A stretch of 64,000 nt of DNA, taken from Candidatus Multivoradales bacterium. Lineage in GTDB: Bacteria > Acidobacteriota > Thermoanaerobaculia > Multivoradales > J023. Each line of letters begins with the position of its first letter. Within the stretch, counting starts at the first letter, position 1. Shown one piece after another: positions 9,689 through 20,221 of this stretch. Location of the stretch: assembly GCA_965248925.1 (NCBI GenBank), contig CBDFLE010000006.1:3968001-4032000 (forward strand), read 5' to 3'. The notes beneath the pieces are model-generated. The model searched no databases. It was given only the letters and a program-made list of their open reading frames with translations, and was not told the DNA's origin. The position numbers were made by a program, and so were the translations under genes.

Positions 9689-10141
9689 TCAGCGATACTC
9701 GCTACCACCGTGGCGGATGTAGCCGCCACGATGGCGACCCCGGGGGTCGTGGTGGGTCCAGTGGATAACCCCGCCCCGCTCACTCCACTCGTATTCGCCG
9801 CCGATCTCGACCTGGTCGCCGCGGGCGAGTGGAACACGCTCGGCTAGATCGATGTTGTGGGCGACCAGGACTGTATGGCCGCTCGCCAGCTCGACGATAA
9901 AGCGCTGGTGGCGCGAGCCCGCGGTGTCGTCGGCTAACAGGCGCCGGACGACACCCATGACCTCGACCTCGAGGTTAGAGGTGTGCTGATCGAACGCTTC
10001 GAGGATGGCTGCTTCATCGGCCGTCGCGGCTGACCCCCTACCGGGCAGCTGAAGGTCGAACCGCTGCGCGGCCCAGATCGCCAGCGCCACCAGAAGGTAG
10101 GCGATGCCGCGGAGCAGCTTACGGTGCCTGCGGTTTCTCAT
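9689..10141 (-). CDS. DUF3465-like protein
   Basis: N-terminal anchor; DDTAGSRHQRF, LVAHNIDLA, GEYEW, GGVIHWTHHDP. Confidence 0.85.
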   Translation of the reverse strand: MRNRRHRKLLRGIAYLLVALAIWAAQRFDLQLPGRGSAATADEAAILEAFDQHTSNLEVEVMGVVRRLLADDTAGSRHQRFIVELASGHTVLVAHNIDLAERVPLARGDQVEIGGEYEWSERGGVIHWTHHDPRGRHRGGYIRHGGSEYR

Positions 10142-10289
10142 TTTGCCCCAACCAGATCAACAATCAGTGGCAAGTGATCTTCCCCTGGACAGTTTCCGAG
10201 CTGCCAAAGCCGCTTCTCAAGGTGAGCCGAGTCACCTCCGACCGGGCTAGGGAAGGTCCGGAAGTCAGAGTGAGAGCTTTCTGTACCCC

Positions 10290-11990
10290 TCAATATCCCG
10301 CCGCCTGGCCGTCTTTGCGCGATTCCGAAGCGCCGTAGTAGACGTCGTTCTCAGCGTCGTAGAGGATCGCCTGGTAACCGCCGTACGGGCCGCGGGCGAA
10401 GCCTATCTGGTGGCCACGGCCCATGAGTTCACGAACGGTTTCGTAAGGGAAGCCGCTTTCAAGCGTCACTCTGCCACCGTTGGTCATGCGCTCGCCGGTG
10501 GGTTGAGACGAGCCTTGGTGCAAGATTCGCGGTGCGTCGCCAGCCTCTTGCAAACCCATGCCGAAGTCGACCATGTTGATGATGATTTGCGCTTGTCCCT
10601 GGGGCTGGGTGGCGCCGCCCATCACACCGAAGCTCATGTAGGGCTTGCTGTCTTTGGTGACGAATCCTGGAATAATAGTGTGGAAAGGGCGCTTGCCGGG
10701 AGCGTAGACATTGGGGTGGCCTTCTTCGAAGGTGAACAGCTCGCCGCGATCCTGGAGGATGAAGCCGAGACCGTCGGGGGTCATGCCCGAGCCCATGCCA
10801 CGGTAGTTGCTTTGGATCAGCGAAACCATGTTGCGGTCTTGGTCAGCGACGGTGAGGTAGATGGTGTCGCCTTCTTCGAGTGCCGGGTTGCCAGCGGTGA
10901 GAGTCTTGGCGGCGCGCCGTGGGTCGATCAACTGGCGGCGGTGCCCGGCATAGGCCTTGGAGACCAGACCGCGGAGCGGTAGCTGGCTGAATTCGGGGTC
11001 TGCATACCAGCGGGCGCGGTCTTCAAAGACCAGCTTCTTAGCTTCCAGGAAATGGTGGACGTAGTCGGCGCTGCCAAAGCCCATCGCTCTCAAGTCGAAA
11101 CCCTCGAGCAGGTTGAGGATTTGCAGAACGGCGATGCCCTGGCCGTTGGGTGGCAGCTGCCAGACTTCGAGCCTACGGTAAGTGGTCGACATCGGCTCGA
11201 CCCAGGTCGAGTGATGGGCCGCCAGATCCTGGTAACTCAGGAAACCGCCTTGCCGTTTCATGTAAGCGGCGATAGTGCGGGCGATGTCTCCCGTGTAGAA
11301 GGCGTCGCGACCGCCGCTGGCGAGCTGCTCCAGGGTGTGGGCCAGGCCGGGATTGCGGAAGATCTCGCCCTTGCGCGGCGCCCGCCCCTCGGGCATGAAG
11401 GTCTCGGCGAAACCCTCGAACTTCTTCAGGATCGGCACGCTGCGGTCCCAGTAGTAGGCGATCAGCTCGCTGAGCGGATAGCCCTCGCGGGCATAGCGGA
11501 TAGCCGGCGCCAGTACCTCGGCCATCGGCAGGCGGCCAAATTTCTGGTGCAGCTCAAACCAACCGTCCACCGCTCCGGGCACAGTGACCGGCAAGGGACC
11601 GTGGCTGGGCATCTTATCGAAGCCGCGGCGACGCAACTCCGCCAGGGTCAGGCTGGCGGGCGAGCGGCCGCTGGCGTTGAGACCGTGCAGCTTGCCCGAC
11701 TCACTATCCCAGACGATAGCGAAGAGGTCGCCGCCGAGACCGCTGCCGGTAGGTTCGACCAGCGCCAGCATGGCGTTGGCGGCTATCGCCGCGTCGACCG
11801 CCGATCCGCCGGCCTGAAGAATGTCGAGCGCCACTTGGGTGGCCAACGGCTGACTGGTGGCGGCCATGCCGTGGCGGGCAATCACCTCTGAGCGTGTGGC
11901 AAAGTCGCGGCCGGTGATCCGATCGCCGGCATCGGCAGCGGGGGCCAGTAGCAGAGCCAGAGCTAGAACGAAGGGTGAGATGAATTTCAC
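10290..11990 (-). CDS. ggt: Gamma-glutamyltransferase (exported)
   Basis: Signal peptide; GGSAVDAAIA, GDT autoprocessing Thr, PGKRPFHTIIP, GVMGG, SESRKDGQAAGY. Confidence 0.95.
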   Translation of the reverse strand: MKFISPFVLALALLLAPAADAGDRITGRDFATRSEVIARHGMAATSQPLATQVALDILQAGGSAVDAAIAANAMLALVEPTGSGLGGDLFAIVWDSESGKLHGLNASGRSPASLTLAELRRRGFDKMPSHGPLPVTVPGAVDGWFELHQKFGRLPMAEVLAPAIRYAREGYPLSELIAYYWDRSVPILKKFEGFAETFMPEGRAPRKGEIFRNPGLAHTLEQLASGGRDAFYTGDIARTIAAYMKRQGGFLSYQDLAAHHSTWVEPMSTTYRRLEVWQLPPNGQGIAVLQILNLLEGFDLRAMGFGSADYVHHFLEAKKLVFEDRARWYADPEFSQLPLRGLVSKAYAGHRRQLIDPRRAAKTLTAGNPALEEGDTIYLTVADQDRNMVSLIQSNYRGMGSGMTPDGLGFILQDRGELFTFEEGHPNVYAPGKRPFHTIIPGFVTKDSKPYMSFGVMGGATQPQGQAQIIINMVDFGMGLQEAGDAPRILHQGSSQPTGERMTNGGRVTLESGFPYETVRELMGRGHQIGFARGPYGGYQAILYDAENDVYYGASESRKDGQAAGY

Positions 11991-12148
11991 GGTCGAGATC
12001 CTCTTGGCGAGTTCTGCCCGGCGGCGGCTTCCGAGCGGGAGAGCAGTGATGAGTTTGGCGATGAATTTTAAGCCTGCTAAGTATACAAGGCCAGGGCTAA
12101 GGGCTTGCGGTAGGCTAAGGTCATCCTTGGACCCTCGGCGAGGGCGCT

Positions 12149-13888
12149 GTGGGCGGCTTTCTTTGGCGCGGCCTAGCTGGGCTGACGGTCTCTTATCTTA
12201 GATGTATCTGTAGGGGGATCGGCCGTTCACTGAGGAGCGGTCGGATCAAGTGGAGAGTACCGGCGTTGTCGCAGAGCTACGATCCTCATCGAGCGAGTCA
12301 GAAGCTGGCGCAGCTGCGGGCTCGCTATGCGGCACAGATTCCCGGCGCTGTCGCTGAGATCCGTGAATTGCTCGGTCGGTTGGCGGAGGATTGGCAGTGC
12401 GATCTCGCGGCCGAGATCCGTGACCGGCTGCACCGCTTGGTGGGTTCGAGCGGCACCTTTGGCTTCGAGCAAGTGAGCATCGAGTCGCGGCGGCTCGAAC
12501 GAGAAGTAGGGCGTTGGCTCGAAGCGCCTCCGGACCCGCAAGCACAACAGCAGTTGGCAGCGCTTGGGCGCCGGCTGGCCCACGTCTCCCCGCAGCGAAC
12601 GCAGTCACCGCAGGAGCCCGTGCCCGCTCGCCGTACACACCGGCACCCGGAGCAAGGCGCTAGCGATCTAGTGGTCTTCGAAAGCACCCCACCTAGTCAG
12701 TTCTTGGCCATGACCCAAGTGCTCGGAGCGGCCGGATATCGTTTGCAGACCCGCCAGGAGTGCGACTCGGGAGCGGACCTGTGCCCGACGCCAGCGGCCT
12801 GTATTGTGCGCTTGCTGGAAGCCGACCCGGCGCGGTCTATATTGGCCGGCTCGCGACCCTCACCTACCGTGGTGGTTTCTGAGGTCGATGACTTTGCTTC
12901 CCGGTTGCAGGCGGTGCGCCTTGGCTCGAGCGCTTTTCTCACCGAACCGATCGATGCCGAAAGCCTGGTCGAGAGTCTCGATCGATTGACCGCCCACCAT
13001 GCAGAGCAACCTTTCCGAGTGCTGGTGGTGGACGATGATGTCGCGGTTGCTGAGCACAATGCCCTGCTGCTGCGACAGGAGGGAATGCAAGTCGAGCTGG
13101 TGACCGAGCCGCAGCAGGCGGTCGAGCTGCTGGTCGAGCTGCAGCCCGACCTGGTGTTGATGGATCTCTACATGCCGGACTGTGATGGCCTCGAGCTGGC
13201 GGCGGTGATCCACCAGCAAGCATCCTTCTTCAGCTTGCCGATTATCTTCTTCTCTGTCGAGTCGGATCCCAATCTACAGTTTGGCGATATGTTGCGCGAC
13301 GGCGACGATGTGCTGACCAAGCCGATTCCTCCTGAGCAGTTGGTTTCGGCGGTCAGTCATCACGCGCGGCGTTCGCGACTGGCGCAGTCGCTGATGACCC
13401 GCGACGGCCTGACCGGATTGATCGGCCACAGCTTGCTGCTCGAACGCCTGGATCAGGAAATTAGTCGGGCGCGTCGGCGTGGGGTGCAAGTGGCGTTTGC
13501 GATGGTCGACCTCGACAGCTTCAAGAAGGTCAATGATACCTACGGCCATGCGGTTGGCGACCGTCTGTTGCGGGGATTTGCGCGTTTTATCGAACACACT
13601 CTGCGCCGCTCGGACTCGGTCGGTCGCTATGGCGGAGATGAGTTTGGCATTGTACTTCCGGGGGTAGACGCCGCCGGCGCCCAGAGGATTCTCGATCGTG
13701 CCCGGCAGCGCTTCGTCGATCAACCGCCAGTAGTGGTCGGGGAGGGGGCGGTGGTGAGCTTCAGCTGCGGGGTGGCTGATTTTCCCAGCCAAGGTAGCGC
13801 TCGTGCCCTCACCGCCAGCGCCGACCAGGCCCTATATCTGGCCAAGCGCGCCGGCCGCAACCAAGTGCTGGTGGCGGCCGGGACCTAG
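12149..13888 (+). CDS. Diguanylate cyclase, Hpt-REC(degenerate)-REC-GGDEF (true start probably ~12250-12266)
   Basis: HRLVGSSGTFG Hpt motif; VLVVDDD/DLVLMDLYMP receiver; RRSD I-site and intact GGDEF. Confidence 0.9.
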   Translation: MGGFLWRGLAGLTVSYLRCICRGIGRSLRSGRIKWRVPALSQSYDPHRASQKLAQLRARYAAQIPGAVAEIRELLGRLAEDWQCDLAAEIRDRLHRLVGSSGTFGFEQVSIESRRLEREVGRWLEAPPDPQAQQQLAALGRRLAHVSPQRTQSPQEPVPARRTHRHPEQGASDLVVFESTPPSQFLAMTQVLGAAGYRLQTRQECDSGADLCPTPAACIVRLLEADPARSILAGSRPSPTVVVSEVDDFASRLQAVRLGSSAFLTEPIDAESLVESLDRLTAHHAEQPFRVLVVDDDVAVAEHNALLLRQEGMQVELVTEPQQAVELLVELQPDLVLMDLYMPDCDGLELAAVIHQQASFFSLPIIFFSVESDPNLQFGDMLRDGDDVLTKPIPPEQLVSAVSHHARRSRLAQSLMTRDGLTGLIGHSLLLERLDQEISRARRRGVQVAFAMVDLDSFKKVNDTYGHAVGDRLLRGFARFIEHTLRRSDSVGRYGGDEFGIVLPGVDAAGAQRILDRARQRFVDQPPVVVGEGAVVSFSCGVADFPSQGSARALTASADQALYLAKRAGRNQVLVAAGT

Positions 13889-14604
13889 GGTAGGAAGGCA
13901 TAGCCGACACCACGCTGTGTTACCAGGTAGCGTGGGCTTGAGGGTTTGGGCTCTATCTTGTGTCGCAGGCGGTGGATGTGAACCCGCAGGGCGTCTTCGA
14001 ACACCTCTTCCATCGGCCACAGACGACGCAGCAAATATTGCGTCGACACTGGCCGGTGGGCGCTGCGGATCAAGATGTATAGCAGCTTGGTCTCGGTGGG
14101 GGTCAAATCGACGGTGCCCTTGGCGACTTCCGCCGATTGGTGGGCGAAGTCGACTGCCAACTGGTCGTCGATGACGGTTTTCGGCGCCAAGGCGTAGTTG
14201 AAGTCGCCAAGCCGGCGCAGGACTCGCTTGACCCGGGCCGCCAACTCGCGAGGATTAAAGGGCTTGGTGATGTAGTCCTCGGCCAATTCTTCGATGGACT
14301 GCACCACGGTGTCTTCATCGTCGACAGAGGTCAGTAAAATCACGGGTAAATCAGAGAATTTCTGCACTCGGCGGCAGAACTCCAGGCCATCCATGCCAGG
14401 CATCATCACGTCGACGACCGCCAGATGGGGCAGGCCGTGGCGGCTGATCCAGTCTAGGGCTTGCTGGGCGGAAGCAACTTTTGAGACGTCAAACCCTTCG
14501 GTCTCCAGGCTGAGACCGACTACGGTGAGGATGTCTGGCGCGTCGTCAACCGCCAGGATGCGCTGCTGGTCGGAGGAGGGGTCCGGCAGAGTCAGTCGGC
14601 TCAC
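13885..14604 (-). CDS. OmpR/PhoB-family response regulator
   Basis: ILAVDD, DVMMP, KPF; winged helix LTPTE..VHIHRLRHKIE..TQRGVGY. Confidence 0.93.
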   Translation of the reverse strand: MSRLTLPDPSSDQQRILAVDDAPDILTVVGLSLETEGFDVSKVASAQQALDWISRHGLPHLAVVDVMMPGMDGLEFCRRVQKFSDLPVILLTSVDDEDTVVQSIEELAEDYITKPFNPRELAARVKRVLRRLGDFNYALAPKTVIDDQLAVDFAHQSAEVAKGTVDLTPTETKLLYILIRSAHRPVSTQYLLRRLWPMEEVFEDALRVHIHRLRHKIEPKPSSPRYLVTQRGVGYAFLP

Positions 14605-14752
14605 CCCACACCTCCGTCAGGTCGGGGGCAGCTCTGCTGCCGGCCCGAAAACCTGATGGACAGCTTGGCGGGGACGACACGCACCGGCGAAGATGCTGAG
14701 TCCATAGGGCGAGTATACTGGAATCTGCTAAACTACTCCGCGAGGCGCTGTC

Positions 14753-15154
14753 TTGGAAGCCGCAGAAGCCAATACTGAGCTACAAAGAATCCTCTTGGTC
14801 GAGGATGACCCGGACATTCAGCTGGTGGCGAGGCTGTCGTTGGTGGATATCGGTGGCTTCGTTGTCGAGATCTGCGGCTCGGGCCAGGAGGCGTTGGCAA
14901 AAGTTGGCGAATTCTCGCCGCAGCTGATCTTGCTTGACGTGATGATGCCTGGCATGGACGGCATCAGCACTTTGCAGGAGCTGCGCTTCATTCCCGATCT
15001 GGCCCATACCCCGGTGGTTTTCATGACCGCCAAGGCGCAGCCCAACGAGGTAGCCGAGTATCGCCGCATCGGTGCGGTGGATGTCATCGCCAAGCCTTTC
15101 GATCCCCTCGGACTGAGCGCCGAAGTCGAAGCGATCTGGCGCCGGTGTCGCTGA
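14753..15154 (+). CDS. Single-domain response regulator
   Basis: ILLVEDD, LLDVMMP, FMTAK, KPFDP. Confidence 0.92.
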   Translation: MEAAEANTELQRILLVEDDPDIQLVARLSLVDIGGFVVEICGSGQEALAKVGEFSPQLILLDVMMPGMDGISTLQELRFIPDLAHTPVVFMTAKAQPNEVAEYRRIGAVDVIAKPFDPLGLSAEVEAIWRRCR

Positions 15155-15347
15155 GCGCCGCTGTCGCTGAGAAACGCAGGGTTGGCGGGCGAGCCGGCCA
15201 ACCCCTGCTCCAGTCGCGGTGTAATCTCTGACGTAATCTGCGGTCGCTAGACTCAGTGGCCGGTGTTTTCTGTCAAGCACGTCGGCAACTCATGCCTGAA
15301 ATCCGCTCGCGAGCAGAGGGGGCGAAAGAGGTAAGAGCACCGAGGCG

Positions 15348-18248
15348 ATGATCGATAAGAGACTCAAATGGGGAACGTTCTGGGGCCGGCACCTGGGTGG
15401 AGTCTCGCTGCCGTCAATGCTGGCGCTGATCGTGTTGGTGCTGACCAGCGTCCTGGTTTTCGTCGCTGGCCTGCTGCCGGCCGGCGGCCAGCCGACCCGC
15501 GAAATTCGCCTGCTGCGCTTGCTGCTGGAATGGAGCGCGGTGTTGGTGGCCTGGGGTTTGGCCGGGCTGGCGGCGGTTCGCTATCGGGTGCGCCGTGATT
15601 CCGAGTTGATCGGCCTGGCGTGGGTGTTCGCCTTTCTCGGCTCGATCGATGCGGTGGCTAGCATCGGCGGTTGGTTGCAGGGTGGCGGCGAGGCGTCTTG
15701 GTCGTTGTTTGGCTGGACCCTCGGTCGGATCTACTTGGTGGTGGCCTTGCTAGCTACGGCGACCTTGGCGACCGCGGTTGCCGATCGGCGAATCGCCGCC
15801 CGCTGGATCTCTTTGATCTGTGGCTTGTCAGGTTTGGCGGTTTTGATCGCGGTGGCGACCGCAGCGGCCGGGCTGCATCCTGGTTGGCGGTTGTCTGGAT
15901 TGGCGCTGCCACGACCCTGGGAGCTACCGCCGGCATTCTTGTTGCTGCTCGGGGCGTTCTTCCTGTTCCCCCAGCTGCACCGGCTGCGACCGACCCTGCT
16001 GAGCCATGCCTTGATCCTTGCCAGTGTGCCATTTATCTTGTGCCATCTGCTGCTTGCCTGGGGCTCCCCCGATCCCTTCAGCCCGGCGTTGCTGTTTTCC
16101 TTGGGCCTTCGTTTGTTGGGCTACGTTGCTTTGTTGGTCGGCTTGGCGATGGAGTTGGTTCAGACTTCGAGTCAAGGTCAAGACGCGGTGGTGGGATTGC
16201 AGACCGCGCAGTTGGAACTCGACAAGAGATCGCGGGAGATTGAACGCATCGATCAGCAGTTGGTGGTCAAGGAGGTCGAGCGGCGGCGGGCGGCTAGTTC
16301 GTTGAGAATGCTCGAGAAAGCGGTCGAGACGATGTCATTGGGGGTGACCATCACCAATCTCGAGGGCAAGATCCTCTACGTCAATCCGGCCGATGCCGAA
16401 ATGCACGGCTACAAGGTCGAAGAGCTGCAAGGTAAGAGCGCCCGCACCTATGCACCCCAACGCAGCAAGACGGTGTCCCCGGACTCGCCCCCTGAGACGT
16501 ACCAAGCATGGACCCGTGAGCGCATCAATGTCACCCGCAGCGGGGAGGAATTTCACGTCCGACTAGTGTCTGATGTGGTGCGCGGGCCGGAGGACGAGTC
16601 GCTGGCCGTGGTGACTCTCTGTGAAGACATCGGCGAGCAGCTGGCTATCCGCGAGGCTCTGGAGCGTCGCGAGCGTATTTTGGAAGTGATCGGCTTGGCT
16701 ACCGAGAGTTTTCTCGGCACCTCGGCCTGGGAGCAGAAAGTCGAGCAAGTGCTCAAGCGACTGGGAGAGGCAACCCGTGCCGATCGCGTCTACCTGAGTC
16801 GGTTCGACGATCCTGACGACATTCCCACCGTTCCTAGTGGTCAGAGCTGGATGGCGCCCGACAGCGGCGTCGAGGACACCCGCACCGGCATGCGGCACTT
16901 GCCTCCGCGGGGGGGGTTATTCGAGCGCTGGCGAGCACGGCTCGAGGATGGCGGCATCCTGGAAGGAGCGGTGAAAGACCTGCCAGCAGAAGAACGCGAA
17001 GTGTTGGAAGCTAGGGGAGTCCAATCCTTGGCGGTGGTGCCGATCTTTCGCCAGTCGCGCTGGTGTGGTTTTCTATGCCTCGAAGACCGTCAGCCGGGGC
17101 GTCATTGGTCGCCGGTCGAATTGGAGGCGCTACGGGTGGCGGCACGGGCTTTCGGCGCGGCGATCCAGCGGCGTCAGACCGAGGAGGCGTTGGCGGCCAG
17201 TGAGGCCAAGTACCGCGACCTGTTGGAAAGTGCCAACGATTTGATCCAGAGCATCAGTCCCGGTGGCCACTTCGAGTTCGTCAACCGTGCCTGGCTGACG
17301 GCTTTGGGCTATCAGCGGCAAGAAGTCGAATGTCTGAGCGCTTGGGACGTGATCCATCCGCGTCACCATGAGCATTGCCGCAAGATTATGGAGAGGATCA
17401 TGCATGGCGACAGCGCCGAGCGGATCGAGGTCGACTTCGTGACCAAGGGAGGGGAGCTGATTTCGGTCGAGGGCAGCCTGACTCGACGTCTCGAAGACGG
17501 CCGCACGGTGGCCACCCTGGGCATCTTCCGCGACATCACCGAGCGCAAGCAGGTCGACCGGATGAAGCAAGAGTTCGTCTCGACGGTCAGCCACGAGCTG
17601 CGCACTCCCCTCACCTCGATCGTTGCTTCGCTGGGATTGTTAAGCAGTGGTCGGCTGGCTGAAAAACCCGAAGCGGTCAGCGACTTGCTGGTCGTGGCGC
17701 GGAGAAATAGTGATCGCCTTTTGCAGCTGATCAATGATCTGCTCGATCTGCAGAAGCTGGCCGCCGGCAAGATGCGCCTGCGGATCGAACCGCTCGATCC
17801 AGCGCCGTTGCTACAGGAGGTGTTGGAAGATATCTCGACCCTTGCCGAGTCGTTCAAGGTACGACTCCAGCTGACGCATCCTGGAAAGCCGCTGCAAGCG
17901 TTGGCTGATCGCGACCGGCTGATGCAGGTTTTCAACAATTTGTTATCGAATGCGATCAAGTTTTCACCCGCCGGTGAGGTAGTGTTGGTTAAAGTCGAAC
18001 CATGCCAGGATAAGGTGCTGTTCTCAGTCGCAGATCACGGAGAGGGAATTCCGCCCGAGTTCCAGCACCGGATATTCGACAAGTTCACCCAGGTCGACTC
18101 GTCGCCGACTCGCAAGGCCGGTGGCTCGGGGCTTGGCCTGAGCATCGTCAAAGGTTTGGTCGAGCAAATGCAAGGCCAGGTATGGCTCGAGTCCCGGCCG
18201 GGAGAAGGCACCACCTTCTTCGTCGAGCTGCCGGCGCTACCCAACTGA
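15348..18248 (+). CDS. Membrane sensor histidine kinase (multi-TM, PAS-GAF-PAS-HisKA-HATPase)
   Basis: About 8 TM helices; PAS motifs YVNPA/FVNRA; SHELRTPL; NLLSNAIKF; DHGEGI; GGSGLGL. Confidence 0.93.
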   Translation: MIDKRLKWGTFWGRHLGGVSLPSMLALIVLVLTSVLVFVAGLLPAGGQPTREIRLLRLLLEWSAVLVAWGLAGLAAVRYRVRRDSELIGLAWVFAFLGSIDAVASIGGWLQGGGEASWSLFGWTLGRIYLVVALLATATLATAVADRRIAARWISLICGLSGLAVLIAVATAAAGLHPGWRLSGLALPRPWELPPAFLLLLGAFFLFPQLHRLRPTLLSHALILASVPFILCHLLLAWGSPDPFSPALLFSLGLRLLGYVALLVGLAMELVQTSSQGQDAVVGLQTAQLELDKRSREIERIDQQLVVKEVERRRAASSLRMLEKAVETMSLGVTITNLEGKILYVNPADAEMHGYKVEELQGKSARTYAPQRSKTVSPDSPPETYQAWTRERINVTRSGEEFHVRLVSDVVRGPEDESLAVVTLCEDIGEQLAIREALERRERILEVIGLATESFLGTSAWEQKVEQVLKRLGEATRADRVYLSRFDDPDDIPTVPSGQSWMAPDSGVEDTRTGMRHLPPRGGLFERWRARLEDGGILEGAVKDLPAEEREVLEARGVQSLAVVPIFRQSRWCGFLCLEDRQPGRHWSPVELEALRVAARAFGAAIQRRQTEEALAASEAKYRDLLESANDLIQSISPGGHFEFVNRAWLTALGYQRQEVECLSAWDVIHPRHHEHCRKIMERIMHGDSAERIEVDFVTKGGELISVEGSLTRRLEDGRTVATLGIFRDITERKQVDRMKQEFVSTVSHELRTPLTSIVASLGLLSSGRLAEKPEAVSDLLVVARRNSDRLLQLINDLLDLQKLAAGKMRLRIEPLDPAPLLQEVLEDISTLAESFKVRLQLTHPGKPLQALADRDRLMQVFNNLLSNAIKFSPAGEVVLVKVEPCQDKVLFSVADHGEGIPPEFQHRIFDKFTQVDSSPTRKAGGSGLGLSIVKGLVEQMQGQVWLESRPGEGTTFFVELPALPN

Positions 18249-18268
18249 CCGGCCGCTGGGAGACACGC

Positions 18269-20221
18269 GTGAAATTCGTCCGATCACCTTCGCAGAGGAA
18301 CCATCTCGCCGGCTTGTTGGCCGGCATAGTCTGTAGCTGGTGGCTACCAGCAATAGTGCTAGCGATGCCCCCAAGCGTTGTCACCTCAGACTCAGACAAG
18401 GCCGCGGATTCTGGTAAACGGCAGGTCGGCTTGCATATCGTTCGGCCTGGGGACACGCTGATGGATATCACCGAACTGTACCTGGGTGACCCACAGTTTT
18501 GGAAGCAGAACTGGCAGCTCAACCCGGCCCTGGAGGATCCTAATCTGCTGACTCCGGGGGCGCGGTTGCAAGTCTTGCTGCCGGCCGAACTGCCACCGCG
18601 AACCGCCTTGCTGGTCGGAACGACCCGCCGCGTCGACGACCGCCCGGCACCTTCGCCTTGGGCCTCGGCCGAGCAGAATGATCTGCTTTTTCCCCAGGAC
18701 AGCGTGCGCACCCATCGGGCGTCTTCGGCGGAGCTGGTCTTTCCCGATCGGACCCATTTGCTGCTGACCGAAGATTCTCTGGTTTTTCTTGGTGCCACCC
18801 TACCCATGCGGCGGGGGGTCGAACGGCGGTTGATCGAGATCGTCGCCGGCCAGGCTGAGTTGCAGGGTAGCTCACCGACGAGCATTTCGGAGGAGATCGA
18901 GATCGTCGTCGGCCACGCCCGGGCGATTCCACGGCGTGACCAGGAGGGAAGTCTCAAGACCCGTGCGCGGCGGGTAGGTGATGGTGCTCGGGTGATGGTC
19001 TATCGCGGCCAGAGCGAAGTCGAAGCGGCCGGGAAGACGGTCGAGGTCGAGCAGGGCATGGGCACTGCGGTGGAGCCGGGAGCGCCTCCCTCGCCGCCTG
19101 AGAAGCTGCTGCCGGAACCCGTGATGTTGGCTCCTCTGGCTGGCGCCGAGCGCGTCGAGCGACGGCCGGAGCTGCGCTGGCAGGCCCTCGAGGGAGCCAG
19201 CTCCTACACTGTCGAACTCTGCCTCGATCGCCGTTGCGGCGAGTTGGTGCAGCGGGTGACGGAGTTGCGGCAGGCTTCGTGGCAAGCCTCGGAGGAACTC
19301 GCTCTCGGTGCATATTTTTGGCGCGTTACTGCCCACAGCAGTTCGGGCTTAGACGGCTTTCCCAGCTCGGCGATCGGATTCCAGATCAACGATCTGCCGC
19401 TGGACGAGGTGCCGCCGCGCCTTGGTCTCGAGTGGGTCAATGGCCCTACCGCCGCCTTGGACGGGCAGCTGATCGTCGGTCGCGAGGTGCGCCTGCGGGT
19501 TGTTGCCGAGGACGATGAGAGTGGCCTCGATCATTGGACCGGCCTGCTTGATGACCGGCAGGCGCAGGCCGAGCAATGGCACGGGCCTTGGGCTTCGGGA
19601 CCACACCGGCTAGCGGCCTTGGCGGTCGATCGGGCGGGCAATGAGACCCGTTCCGAGACTCTTGAGATGGTCTATGATCCTGATCCACCGAAGATTTCCT
19701 GGGGCCTTGAAGGGCAAGGTGCGCAGGGGCGGGCGCAGGGCACGGTTGCCGCGGCGGCCAGTGGTTTAACCGGCGGTGCGGCCGGCGGTACGGTGGAACT
19801 GCAGTGGAGCGGAGACCTGCGGCAGTGGCTGCCTACCGGTCGCCAGCGCTGGACCTACCACGCGCAGAAACCGTGGGTGATGGTGCGCAAACATCGGGGG
19901 CGAAATCGTTGGGGAGTGTGGAGCGGTGACCGGGCGCGTCTGCGCCATCGCAACGAGAGGCGGCAAACCGTGCGGATGGAATTCGCTGGACCGCGGACAA
20001 CGTTGCGGCCGCCGGCCGGCGAGGTTGGCTTGGGCGACTCGGGCTTGATACTCACCGCGACTCGAGGTCTGTGGATTGAGGCTGACGATGCGCTTTCGCG
20101 GGTCGAGCGGCTGAGCTTCCAGGTATTGCCGCCGACCGTGGGTTCGCCGGCCCGGTTGGTGGTCGAGGCACGGGATACGGTGGGCAATCTCAGTCGGCTG
20201 GAGTGGGCACTATTGCCCTGA
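18269..20221 (+). CDS. Secreted LysM + FecR-like + Ig/Fn3-like protein
   Basis: Signal-like N-terminus; HIVRPGDTL..NPALEDPNLLTPG (LysM); DSVRT..SSAELVFPD (FecR); YFWRV (Fn3); AVDRAGN (Ig). GTG start at 18269 is inferred. Confidence 0.8.
   Translation: MKFVRSPSQRNHLAGLLAGIVCSWWLPAIVLAMPPSVVTSDSDKAADSGKRQVGLHIVRPGDTLMDITELYLGDPQFWKQNWQLNPALEDPNLLTPGARLQVLLPAELPPRTALLVGTTRRVDDRPAPSPWASAEQNDLLFPQDSVRTHRASSAELVFPDRTHLLLTEDSLVFLGATLPMRRGVERRLIEIVAGQAELQGSSPTSISEEIEIVVGHARAIPRRDQEGSLKTRARRVGDGARVMVYRGQSEVEAAGKTVEVEQGMGTAVEPGAPPSPPEKLLPEPVMLAPLAGAERVERRPELRWQALEGASSYTVELCLDRRCGELVQRVTELRQASWQASEELALGAYFWRVTAHSSSGLDGFPSSAIGFQINDLPLDEVPPRLGLEWVNGPTAALDGQLIVGREVRLRVVAEDDESGLDHWTGLLDDRQAQAEQWHGPWASGPHRLAALAVDRAGNETRSETLEMVYDPDPPKISWGLEGQGAQGRAQGTVAAAASGLTGGAAGGTVELQWSGDLRQWLPTGRQRWTYHAQKPWVMVRKHRGRNRWGVWSGDRARLRHRNERRQTVRMEFAGPRTTLRPPAGEVGLGDSGLILTATRGLWIEADDALSRVERLSFQVLPPTVGSPARLVVEARDTVGNLSRLEWALLP

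Noticed and set aside
15221-15239. GTAATCT direct repeat upstream of the histidine kinase
   Set aside because: Only two 7-mers at a 12-bp period, too weak to call an operator.
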